NCBI GenBank assembly: GCA_016939375.1
Contig: JAFGHF010000024.1
Span: 9,828-73,827 of the forward strand
Length of the DNA stretch: 64,000 nucleotides
Source: Candidatus Omnitrophota bacterium
GTDB taxonomy: Bacteria; Omnitrophota; Gorgyraeia; JAFGHF01
Direction of reading: 5' to 3'
Below are positions 37,392 to 46,445 of this stretch, in pieces (the first letter of the stretch is position 1; every line of letters begins with the position of its first letter). Both the position numbers and the translations under genes were made by a program. The notes under the pieces are model-generated. The model was not told where the DNA came from, did no database searches, and worked only from the letters and a program-made list of their open reading frames with translations.

Positions 37392-39062
37392 ATGGCTGGT
37401 AAAGAAAAAGTTTTTGTCATTGGAATAGACGGAGCTACATTCGACCTTTTGATGCCCTGGATTAAAGAAGGGAAAATGCCTACATTACAAAGGCTCATTA
37501 ACCAGGGGGCTTGGGGGCATTTAGAGAGCGTTTTTCCTCCGCTTACGCCCGTGGCCTGGTCGTCGTTTATGACCGGTAAGAACCCGGGTAAGCACGGCAT
37601 ATTTAATTTTATGTATCGCCAGCAAGGCAGCTATAATTTAAAGCCTATAAGCTTTTCGGATGTCGATGGCAAAACGCTTTGGAGGATTATCAATGATAAT
37701 GGCCTAAAAGTAGGTGTGATGAATGTCCCCCTGACTTATCCACCTGAAGAAGTCGAACATTTCTTAATCAGCAGTTTTTTAAGCCCGATGAGCGCGGATA
37801 ATCAATCTTATCCTCAAAATTTAGTGGATGAGCTAAAAAAGGAACTAGGCAAATATTTGATACACCCCATCAAAGTGCGGGAAGGCAATAATTTTTCCCA
37901 GATGCTTTTAGAAAAATATGAGATGATCAAAAATAGGACAGAGGCTGCGCTTTATCTGATGAAGAAATACGAGTGCGACTTTTTTATGGTCCATTACCTG
38001 GCCAGCGATTCTATGCAGCATGAGTTTTGGCATTTGGCTGATGAAGACCACCCTCAATTTGACAGTAAATTGGCGCGAAAACACAAGGACATATTGCTTA
38101 ACTTTTTTACGAAGCTAGACCAATATATTTCACAATTGGTAAGTAATCTTAAAAGTGATACGACTCTAGTGATCATGTCCGACCATGGCTTTGGCCGCAT
38201 AACAAATTTTCTTCATTTGAATACGTGGTTGCTGAAAGAGGGCTTTTTGGCGCTTAAGAAAAATCCTCTTACCGGCCTGAAATATTTATTGTTCAAAATA
38301 GGTATTACCCCAAGCCTTTTTTATAGATTGGCAATGAAAGTAAACCTTGCCTGGTTGAGCAGAAATGTGGATCTTTCCAAAAAGACATCGCTTTTAAAGA
38401 AGTTTTTTCTATCTCTTGAGGATGTGGACTGGCAGAATACCCGGGCCTATTCTTTAGGCTATTACGGTTTTGGCCAGGTCAATATCAACTTAAAAGGGAG
38501 GGAGCCTTTAGGTTGTGTCGAACCGGGAGAAGAAGAGAAGGCCCTCTTAGAAAAATTGCAGCAGAGGCTCAAGGAGATAAAAGACCCATTTACAGGTGAG
38601 AGGATCGTCGAGTCGGTGAAGAAAAGAACTGAACTATTCCAGGGAAAACACTTAAAAAGCGCCCCAGACCTTTTTCTGTTTCCCCACAATTTTGAGACTA
38701 TTTCTTTGGACGTCTCCGGATTTTCCTCCCACAGGGTCATTGAGCGCACCTTCGGGCACACCGGCTCGCATAGGCCCAATGGTATCATATTGTTGCGCGG
38801 GGAGCATATTAAAGAGAACTCTCAGATAAAAGGGGCACAGATTACTGATTTAGCGCCCACTATTTTGTATTTACTGGGCTTGCCTATACCGAAAGATATG
38901 GACGGTAAGGTCTTAACCAGTGCCATAAAAGAAACATCTTTGCGGCAAAAAGAAGCAAAGTTTTACCATGAAAAAGACGCCCCAGAACGCAAGAAGATGA
39001 CTTTTAGCGGGAAAGAAGAAGAAGAGATAAAACAGAAACTCAGCGATCTGGGCTACTTGTAG
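37392..39062 (+). CDS. Cytoplasmic alkaline-phosphatase-superfamily protein (PF01663-like), paralog of 23461..24738
   Basis: FVIGIDGATFDLL, PPLTPVAWSSFMTGKNPGKHGIFNF, VIMSDHGFG; no signal peptide; ends KQKLSDLGYL. Confidence 0.65.
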   Translation: MAGKEKVFVIGIDGATFDLLMPWIKEGKMPTLQRLINQGAWGHLESVFPPLTPVAWSSFMTGKNPGKHGIFNFMYRQQGSYNLKPISFSDVDGKTLWRIINDNGLKVGVMNVPLTYPPEEVEHFLISSFLSPMSADNQSYPQNLVDELKKELGKYLIHPIKVREGNNFSQMLLEKYEMIKNRTEAALYLMKKYECDFFMVHYLASDSMQHEFWHLADEDHPQFDSKLARKHKDILLNFFTKLDQYISQLVSNLKSDTTLVIMSDHGFGRITNFLHLNTWLLKEGFLALKKNPLTGLKYLLFKIGITPSLFYRLAMKVNLAWLSRNVDLSKKTSLLKKFFLSLEDVDWQNTRAYSLGYYGFGQVNINLKGREPLGCVEPGEEEKALLEKLQQRLKEIKDPFTGERIVESVKKRTELFQGKHLKSAPDLFLFPHNFETISLDVSGFSSHRVIERTFGHTGSHRPNGIILLRGEHIKENSQIKGAQITDLAPTILYLLGLPIPKDMDGKVLTSAIKETSLRQKEAKFYHEKDAPERKKMTFSGKEEEEIKQKLSDLGYL

Positions 39063-39085
39063 GCCAAAAGGAGGAGCGGATAGAG

Positions 39086-39835
39086 ATGATAATAATCGTT
39101 TTACCGGCTTATAATGAGAAAAGAGAGATACCGATTTTGCTAAAGCGCATCGATGGTTTTATGAAGACCAACAGGCTTGACTATAAGGTAATAGCGGTCA
39201 ATGACGGCAGTACCGATGGCACGCGAAAGGTAATAGATGACCTAGCGAATCTCTATCCCCTTACTAAAGTGCATTTTGAGAAAAACCTGGGGGTAGGTTC
39301 GGTAGTAAGAACAGGTCTTAAATTGGCGATGGAAATGTCCACAGACGACGAAGACGTGATAGTCACGATGGACGCAGACAATACCCATGACCCCAAGATC
39401 ATAAAGATGATATTACGCAAAATCGAAGAGGGTTATGAAGTGGTTGTGCCCTCGTACTTCTGCTCTGGGGGGATGTTGATAGGCCTCCCCTTTAGAAAGT
39501 ACTTTTTCTCAAGGGTAGCGAATTTTCTCTATCAGGTATTGTTCCCGGTCAAGGGCCTAAGGAGTTATACGGGGTTTTATAAAGGTTACAAGGCAGGGGC
39601 CCTTAAGCTGGCTATGGAAAAATTTAAGGATAAGCTTGTCGAGTCCCAGGGTTTTGCGGCTATGGCGGAACTCTTGATAAAGCTCAGAAGAACCCCTCTT
39701 TTTATCGCCGAGGTCCCCATGATATTGAGATATGACTACAAAGGGGAGAAGAGCAAGCTTAAAGTCTTACCCACGATCAAAGAGCATTTAAGGGTGATCT
39801 CTAAAAACCTTTTCACAAGAGATATAATGACGTGA
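39086..39835 (+). CDS. GT2 polyprenol-phosphate sugar synthase-like glycosyltransferase (DPM1-like, soluble)
   Basis: IIIVLPAYNEKREI...AVNDGSTDGT...DADNTHDP (DxD region). 249 aa without a TM anchor. Confidence 0.7.
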   Translation: MIIIVLPAYNEKREIPILLKRIDGFMKTNRLDYKVIAVNDGSTDGTRKVIDDLANLYPLTKVHFEKNLGVGSVVRTGLKLAMEMSTDDEDVIVTMDADNTHDPKIIKMILRKIEEGYEVVVPSYFCSGGMLIGLPFRKYFFSRVANFLYQVLFPVKGLRSYTGFYKGYKAGALKLAMEKFKDKLVESQGFAAMAELLIKLRRTPLFIAEVPMILRYDYKGEKSKLKVLPTIKEHLRVISKNLFTRDIMT

Positions 39836-39858
39836 TTATTGCAAGGGTATTGTAGGCT

Positions 39859-41364
39859 ATGATAAATCTGAGTCAGAGAAAAACATTTTTTTGGATAATC
39901 CTATCTTTAGTCATCATCTTAAGGCTTATAAGCCTTGATAAAGGTATAGCCTACGATGAAAAACAGACCTTTTTATACGCAAAAGCGCCGTTTGCGGAGA
40001 AAATGGAACTCATCAGGCACCATTTTAGCAATCCTCCTTTGACGGTCAGCCTGCTTTACTTTTGGATGTTGCCCAGCCAAAATGAGGTTTGGGTCAGGTT
40101 ATATTTTGTACTCTTTGGCGTGGGTCTGTGTATTTTAGTCTATCTTATAGGCAAGGAGTATTTAGGGGATGAATTTGGTCTTTTATCTTTTGCCTTGGCG
40201 GGGTTTTCTCCGCTTTTGATCTGGGCCTCCCAGTATATAAGAGGTTATGTGGATTCGGCTTTCTGGATAGTTTTATCCAGCTTTTTCTTCCTGAAGATGA
40301 TAAAAGGCAGATATACTAGATCGGTCTGCGCCGGATATATCATCTCTTCTGCCTTGGCCTTATATACTTTTTATTTTACCGCTTTGATTTTATTATCCCA
40401 AGGATTATATCTGTTGATATTTTGGTGGCGGGATAGGCCGTTGCTTAAGAGATGGTTATCTTGCACTTGCCTGACGGGGCTTTTGTTTGCCCCCTGGGTC
40501 CCTGTGGCTTTCTCACAGATCGCAATAGTCACAGGCGTGCGTCAGTTGCCATTTAAGGGCTTTCAGATATTGGGTTTGCCAATCGGCATGTTTCTGCGTA
40601 ATTTGATGACCATGGTGGGCATGGAGCCCTACTTTTTATCGGCCGGTGCCAGTGAGATCTTAGATAACAAATTTTTATTATTAAACGTTATTTTGATACT
40701 TTTGATCTTTGTGGCTGTGCTAATATTAGGCTGCCTTTCCTTAAAAAGACTAAACAAGGGGGGACGGGTAGACTTTTGGTTTTTTGTATTTCTTTCGCTG
40801 GGGCCCGTTATTCTGGCCAATACCCTTGGCCGGATGCTGTCTTTGTCGGCCAACGCAAAATATCTAGTGGCCCCTCAGGCGATGTTTATATACTTTTTTG
40901 CCGCGGTTATATACTATTTTATTTTGCAGAGGAAAAAGAAATATGCCTATATCTTTTGTCTATGTCTATTATCCTTATTCCTGTTGCGGCTGCCCAGTGC
41001 CTATACCGCCGAATTTGATTTTAAGGGTGCCCATAGCTTTATTTGCGCAGAATCGCAAGGAAAAGGCTGTATATTCGTCTTTAAAAAAAGATTTGATGAA
41101 TTCGCATTGCCGGCGGTCGATTTAGGGGAATTTTTCCAAAGGGATAAGGCAAGCGGCGAATATCTGTCTTTGCCAGATATAAAAGCTAAAGAGTTAAAAG
41201 AGAGAGCCAGCGGTTGCGCTCGTATTTACCTTTACCTCAGCTTTGGCAGAGATAAAGTTTTCGGGGCTAATAAAGCCGCCAAGGCCTTTTTTAATAGAAA
41301 CTTTGAGCTGGATAAGAAAAAGACTTTTAGGAATATAGAAGTCCTATCATATAAGAAAAGGTGA
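39859..41364 (+). CDS. GT-C family membrane glycosyltransferase (ArnT/PMT, GT39/GT83-like)
   Basis: Polytopic, with the first-loop YDEKQTF acidic motif typical of PMT/ArnT-type GT-C enzymes, and a C-terminal soluble domain. Confidence 0.55.
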   Translation: MINLSQRKTFFWIILSLVIILRLISLDKGIAYDEKQTFLYAKAPFAEKMELIRHHFSNPPLTVSLLYFWMLPSQNEVWVRLYFVLFGVGLCILVYLIGKEYLGDEFGLLSFALAGFSPLLIWASQYIRGYVDSAFWIVLSSFFFLKMIKGRYTRSVCAGYIISSALALYTFYFTALILLSQGLYLLIFWWRDRPLLKRWLSCTCLTGLLFAPWVPVAFSQIAIVTGVRQLPFKGFQILGLPIGMFLRNLMTMVGMEPYFLSAGASEILDNKFLLLNVILILLIFVAVLILGCLSLKRLNKGGRVDFWFFVFLSLGPVILANTLGRMLSLSANAKYLVAPQAMFIYFFAAVIYYFILQRKKKYAYIFCLCLLSLFLLRLPSAYTAEFDFKGAHSFICAESQGKGCIFVFKKRFDEFALPAVDLGEFFQRDKASGEYLSLPDIKAKELKERASGCARIYLYLSFGRDKVFGANKAAKAFFNRNFELDKKKTFRNIEVLSYKKR

Positions 41365-41365
41365 T

Positions 41366-43072
41366 ATGAATATTCATAAACTCAACCCCATTATTTTTAT
41401 ATTAGCCATTAGCCTTTTTTTAAACTTGTTTGGCATAGGCTGGGGTTTGCCTGACAGATGGCATCCTGATGAACACGTAGCCCAGACGCTGCAAATGATC
41501 GGGGAAAGGAAGATAGTCGACTTTTATCACCCCCCATTTTATAAGATTGTTCTAGCTGGGTATATGGTACCGTTTTTGGCCTATTTTGTGCTTACTCAAG
41601 GCCAAGCTGGCGTCAAGCTTGTGAGTTCTTGTTCCTCCTGGATAGGACTTGTCAGGACCTTGCCCGATTTTGCCACAAATATTTATCTTGTGGCCAGGTC
41701 GATGTCAGCGCTATTTGCCGTAGCCTGCGTGTATTTAACACACAGGATAGGAAAGGCCATCTATAATGAAAAAGTGGGTCTTTTCTCCGCCATGACTTTA
41801 GCTGCTACAATGGGATTTGTGGGCCGCAGCCATCTGGCTAAAGAAGGTATCTTTGTTACCTTTTTGGTGCTCCTGGTGCTGCTTCTCTGTATATCAAGTT
41901 TTCAAACCAAGGAGTGGGGCAGGGCCAAAAAATATTTTCTCCTGGCTTGCCTCTTTGGGGGATTTTCCCTGGCCGCTAAATATGACGGCGGAATCGCTGT
42001 AGTCATTTTAGCCGTCACTTTTGTCTTACTGGTTAAAGAGAAAATGCATAGCAATGAGATAACTGGTAAAGTTAAGACTTCTTTTCAGATCGCTGCTCTT
42101 GGTGTCTTAGTCTATATGCTGGGACTTATATCAGGATGGCCGGGCCTTTTGTCACACTTTAGCCGCTACAAAGCGTCCTTAATGGGAAGCGGCTACGCTG
42201 TTTTTTCGCCCACGACAAACTTTCCGGAGCTTATGGAGCGGTTTTTTGACTTTGCTAAAGTATTGTTGGCCAGCTTTGGCCTTCCTTTCTCGCTTTTGAT
42301 CTTATCAGGTTTGTTTGCTTATATTTTAAAGTTTAAGAAACAACCTAAGGAGATGGTGATGATCATTGTAATGATGGCCTCTTATTTCTTAGTAGCGATA
42401 GCTATTTATAATTATGCCAGCATTAGATTTGTTATCATCTCTTTACCTCTTCTTGCCATTTTTGCAGGTTTAGGGATCTATGCACTATATTCTAAAGTCA
42501 AGTTTCGCCCGATCAGCATTTGCCTGTTTACTATTTTATTTGTCTATTCTCTTGCTTACACCTTAAGAGCAGACTTAGTCTTTGTTAAAAAGGACACCAG
42601 ATATGAATGTAGCCAATGGATAGTTAAAAATATCCCTAAGGGCGCGTCTATCGAGATAACAAGACCGCTATACAATCTCTTTTCGTCATTTATCTTAGAT
42701 GACTATGAGGTCATTTTTTGCGGCACCAGCTCTCAAGATTCTGGGTTCGATGCAGACGGTTTCAGTCTTTTTTATAAACAAGATATAGAAGGCCGCAAAA
42801 AGGCAAAAGAAAAATACTTTGCAAAGTTAAACCAAGGCAATATTTCAGTAGATTATATTATTCACAGCAGTTGGGAAAGCAGATTTCTTGACGAAGGCTT
42901 GGAAGATTTGCAACTTATAAAGGAAGGTAGAAATTTTCTTAAAAATCTATTTGAGGGCAAATTTGATTATCGCTTGCTAAAGACCATCTCTTATCCGGAA
43001 TCCTTGTTTTGGAATCCACGGCCCAACGGCACTTGCCCCACGATATATGTTTTTAAGAAAGAAAAGATATAG
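41366..43072 (+). CDS. GT-C-like polytopic membrane protein (putative polyprenol-P-sugar dependent glycosyltransferase)
   Basis: First loop GWGLPDRWHPDEH (the DE motif), about 11 TM helices and a C-terminal hydrophilic domain of roughly 170 aa; tandem to the preceding GT-C gene. Confidence 0.45.
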   Translation: MNIHKLNPIIFILAISLFLNLFGIGWGLPDRWHPDEHVAQTLQMIGERKIVDFYHPPFYKIVLAGYMVPFLAYFVLTQGQAGVKLVSSCSSWIGLVRTLPDFATNIYLVARSMSALFAVACVYLTHRIGKAIYNEKVGLFSAMTLAATMGFVGRSHLAKEGIFVTFLVLLVLLLCISSFQTKEWGRAKKYFLLACLFGGFSLAAKYDGGIAVVILAVTFVLLVKEKMHSNEITGKVKTSFQIAALGVLVYMLGLISGWPGLLSHFSRYKASLMGSGYAVFSPTTNFPELMERFFDFAKVLLASFGLPFSLLILSGLFAYILKFKKQPKEMVMIIVMMASYFLVAIAIYNYASIRFVIISLPLLAIFAGLGIYALYSKVKFRPISICLFTILFVYSLAYTLRADLVFVKKDTRYECSQWIVKNIPKGASIEITRPLYNLFSSFILDDYEVIFCGTSSQDSGFDADGFSLFYKQDIEGRKKAKEKYFAKLNQGNISVDYIIHSSWESRFLDEGLEDLQLIKEGRNFLKNLFEGKFDYRLLKTISYPESLFWNPRPNGTCPTIYVFKKEKI

Positions 43073-43074
43073 AT

Positions 43075-44493
43075 ATGGATATGTACGATAAAGGCAGAGT
43101 TAAGATAATATCCTCAGCGGTGCTATTGGGCATTGCCCTGGGGGTCTGTTGGACATTCGCTCAAGACTTCGCCCTGGCCCTTATTTTTTCTTTACTGCTC
43201 ATATGTTTGGTCAGATCATTAAAGATAGAGGATCATCGTTTTATCTTTACCGCTTTTATGGTCGCATTCTGTTTAAAGATAGTATTTATTCTTTTCTACT
43301 ATTACTTTTGGCTCTGCCCAGGCAATATCGGCGTCATCGGCCCAGACGGAGAAGTCTTTTCCCAGCGGGGATGGTATATTTCAAGAGTCTTACTTGGGGA
43401 AGGCTTGGATTCCGTGCCTACGGCTGAACGGCCGTTTCTATTCCAGAGGGCCATAGCGCAGCGTTTTAACTGGCAGCTGCCCCCCGTGGATGTATATCAA
43501 ATAGGGCTGTTTTCCTATCTGATAGGCTATTTTTATTTGATCTTTGGATACAGCAACCTGGCCATAAAGTGCATCAATGCCTTTTTAGGCACATTCTGCG
43601 GAATAATCGCATATTTTATCGCTAGGCCTCTTTTTGGCAAGACCCCGGCACGGATAGCGTTGATCCTGACTATATTTACCCCTACATTGTTCTTATTTTC
43701 TACAACAAGCTTGAGGGATCCCAGCGTAAATGTCTTGTTTTTATCCGTGTTTTGGGCGATCACCAGATTGAATTTAGGCAAAGAGAGCCGCCGAATCCTG
43801 TATTTGCTTATTGTCTTTTCTGTGGCCATGATCTATTTCCTGCGCCAGCCTTATTTCTATCTGTTATCAACGATAGTGGCGCTCGCCCTATTTTTTGATT
43901 TTATCTCCAGTAGAAAGAAGAGGTTTGTCCTTGTCTCGCTGGCATGTATTTTTCTTATCACTACTCCCGTACATGCCAGATACATACATAGGGTATTGCC
44001 TAAATTGAGCGTGCCGCTTATCGTAAAACGCCATTTTGCTTTTATTTTGATGGGTGGCAAAAATACCTATAGGTTTTATCCGCAAAGGTTTTATGTCCCC
44101 AGAGAGGTACCCGATATCAAACATTTGGCAGAGATGACTACTGCTGAGCTTTTAAGCTCTTATACAAAAGGAGTAGCCTATTTTATGTTCCTGCCTTTTC
44201 CTTGGGAATTGCAAAGAAAAGTATCGCTTTTCTTATTGCCGCAGACGTTGGTCTGGTATTTTCTTTTTCCGTTTGTTTTGCTTGGGTCTTTGTTGGCGCT
44301 CAGATACAAGTTTAGGCAGACTTGCTTGGTTATACTGGCACTATTTTTGGCTATTTCCTTTATGGCTTTGGGCGAGGGCAATATCATGGCCGCTATCAGG
44401 CATAGGGATGTGCTATTGCCTTTATTCTTTATATTTGCCTCCGTAGGGCTGGTAAAGGCTTTTGCAAGGTTAGAACCGATAGGTAGGAGTTAA
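43075..44493 (+). CDS. GT-C-like polytopic membrane protein
   Basis: Multiple TM helices, a first-loop GPDGEVF acidic motif; third in the tandem array of membrane transferases. Confidence 0.35.
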   Translation: MDMYDKGRVKIISSAVLLGIALGVCWTFAQDFALALIFSLLLICLVRSLKIEDHRFIFTAFMVAFCLKIVFILFYYYFWLCPGNIGVIGPDGEVFSQRGWYISRVLLGEGLDSVPTAERPFLFQRAIAQRFNWQLPPVDVYQIGLFSYLIGYFYLIFGYSNLAIKCINAFLGTFCGIIAYFIARPLFGKTPARIALILTIFTPTLFLFSTTSLRDPSVNVLFLSVFWAITRLNLGKESRRILYLLIVFSVAMIYFLRQPYFYLLSTIVALALFFDFISSRKKRFVLVSLACIFLITTPVHARYIHRVLPKLSVPLIVKRHFAFILMGGKNTYRFYPQRFYVPREVPDIKHLAEMTTAELLSSYTKGVAYFMFLPFPWELQRKVSLFLLPQTLVWYFLFPFVLLGSLLALRYKFRQTCLVILALFLAISFMALGEGNIMAAIRHRDVLLPLFFIFASVGLVKAFARLEPIGRS

Positions 44494-44495
44494 AG

Positions 44496-46445
44496 ATGTG
44501 CGGTTTTGTGGGGTTTGTCGGCCATCATGACGACCGGCTATTAGAAAGGATGAACGCGAGGATCGCTCACCGTGGGCCGGATGATGTCGGTTACTTTTCC
44601 AGGGACAATGTGAATCTGGGACATCGTCGACTCAGTGTACTGGATCTTTCAAGTGCAGGCCACCAGCCTATGTCAAATGAGGATGGGACTATTTGGTTGG
44701 CCTATAATGGAGAGATCTATAATTTTAGACAATTAAGGGAAATATTGCTCAAAAAAGGGCATAAATTCAAATCACGCTCAGATACAGAGACGATCATCCA
44801 TGGATATGAAGAGTGGGGTATTGAGATAATCAAAAAGCTCAACGGTATGTTCGCTTTCGCTATTTATGATTCTGTGAAAAAAAAGGTAATCTTGGCCAGG
44901 GATAGGATCGGTGAGAAACCGCTTTTTTACGCACAGGTAGGCAAACATTTCTATTTCGCCTCGGAAATACAGGCGCTTTTGCAGGTCGATGAGCTCAAGG
45001 CAGAGGTGGATAGACAGTCCCTGATCTACTATTTGATGTTAGGATATATACCTTTCCCCAATAGTATAATCAAGGGGATATTTAAGCTGCCCGCCAGCCA
45101 TTATTTGGAATATAAGGACGCAGAGGTGAAAGTCAGCAGATATTGGGAAATCACTTACTCGCCTAAAGAGCAGAAGCCCCTACGGGAAGAGTTTTATTGT
45201 CAAAGGGTAAGGAGCCTTTTTGAAGAGTCGGTAAAGAACAGGCTGATCGCCGATGTGCCTTTAGGTGTATTCTTAAGCGGAGGCATAGACTCGTCTTTAG
45301 TGCTTGCTTTTGCCAGCAAGAACTCCTCGCAGCCGGTAAAGGCGTTTTCCATAGGTTTTTCCGAAGATACCTTTAACGAATTAAAATATGCCAAGCAAGT
45401 AGCCGAACATTGCGGCGCAAAACATTATGAGTTTATTTTAAAATACGATGCACTATATAAGATCTTGCCGGAGATAATGGGTTTCTTTGGTGAGCCGGTG
45501 GCGGATCCGTCATTTTTACCCACTTACTTACTGGCTAAATTGACCCGTCAATACGTGACCGTGGCATTAGGCGGAGACGGTTGTGATGAAAGCTTTGCCG
45601 GTTATGTGACCCACAAGAATGTGGATTTGGCAAACATGTATTTTCGCCTTCCGCATTTTTTGAAAAATGCGACAAAAAGGGCAGTCGACCTTTTACCTGT
45701 CTCGCACAAGTATATGAGCTTTGATTTCAAGGCCAAAGGGTTCATTTCGGGGATGGACCACCATCCGATATGGGCAAATTTTCTCTGGCTGGGTGCTTTT
45801 TCTCCCCCCGAAACTATGCAAATGCTGAAGAAAGAATATAAACACCAATTTTTATTGGATAGGCTTAAAAGTCTGGGCAGCACATATCTACGGGAACACG
45901 AGAATATATCTCTCCTGGATAAGATTCTCTTTTTCGATATGCGCTATTTCCTTCAGGATGACCTTTTGGTCAAGACAGACCTGATGAGCATGGCCCATGC
46001 ACTTGAAGTAAGAGCCCCGTTTTTAGATTATGACTTGCTTGATTTTGTGACCAGGATGCCCAGTAAGCTGAAGGTAAAAGGAGCGGCTACAAAGTATATT
46101 TTAAAGAAAGCGATGTCCGATATGTTGCCTGCCGCCATTTTAAAAAGGAAAAAACAGGGTTTTTCCATCCCTGTGGCTGAATGGTTGAGCAAACCGGATG
46201 TTTGGGAATTTGTGCAGGAGGTGTTTAATAAAGAGAAGATCGAAAGAGAGGGATTTTTCGATTATCAGTCTATCGATAACCTGCTCAAAGAACACATTGC
46301 CAAGAAAAGGAATAATTGGAGAAAGATCTGGGCATTGCTCATTTTTGAATTGTGGTTTGAAAGAAATATCAAAGGGAGGACTACGGCGAATGAAACCAAC
46401 GCTAGCGCAGGTGCTGACCTGTCCGGCATGTCAAGGCCGGTTTAG
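44496..46445 (+). CDS. Asparagine synthase (glutamine-hydrolysing) family amidotransferase (WbpS-like)
   Basis: N-terminal nucleophile MCGFVGFVG, and the synthetase-domain PP-loop SGGIDSS; 649 aa. Confidence 0.85.
   Translation: MCGFVGFVGHHDDRLLERMNARIAHRGPDDVGYFSRDNVNLGHRRLSVLDLSSAGHQPMSNEDGTIWLAYNGEIYNFRQLREILLKKGHKFKSRSDTETIIHGYEEWGIEIIKKLNGMFAFAIYDSVKKKVILARDRIGEKPLFYAQVGKHFYFASEIQALLQVDELKAEVDRQSLIYYLMLGYIPFPNSIIKGIFKLPASHYLEYKDAEVKVSRYWEITYSPKEQKPLREEFYCQRVRSLFEESVKNRLIADVPLGVFLSGGIDSSLVLAFASKNSSQPVKAFSIGFSEDTFNELKYAKQVAEHCGAKHYEFILKYDALYKILPEIMGFFGEPVADPSFLPTYLLAKLTRQYVTVALGGDGCDESFAGYVTHKNVDLANMYFRLPHFLKNATKRAVDLLPVSHKYMSFDFKAKGFISGMDHHPIWANFLWLGAFSPPETMQMLKKEYKHQFLLDRLKSLGSTYLREHENISLLDKILFFDMRYFLQDDLLVKTDLMSMAHALEVRAPFLDYDLLDFVTRMPSKLKVKGAATKYILKKAMSDMLPAAILKRKKQGFSIPVAEWLSKPDVWEFVQEVFNKEKIEREGFFDYQSIDNLLKEHIAKKRNNWRKIWALLIFELWFERNIKGRTTANETNASAGADLSGMSRPV

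Noticed and set aside
40776..41125. Two overlapping + strand ORFs (80 and 75 aa) inside the first GT-C gene
   Set aside because: Alternative-frame artefacts within a continuous membrane-protein ORF.
46198..46389. 5' extension of the ORF-track entry 46198..47484 (MFGNLCRRCLIKRRSKERDF...)
   Set aside because: It lies wholly inside the asnB-like gene in another frame and has no domain content. The methyltransferase's zinc-ribbon domain begins at the internal ATG at 46390, which I used as the start.
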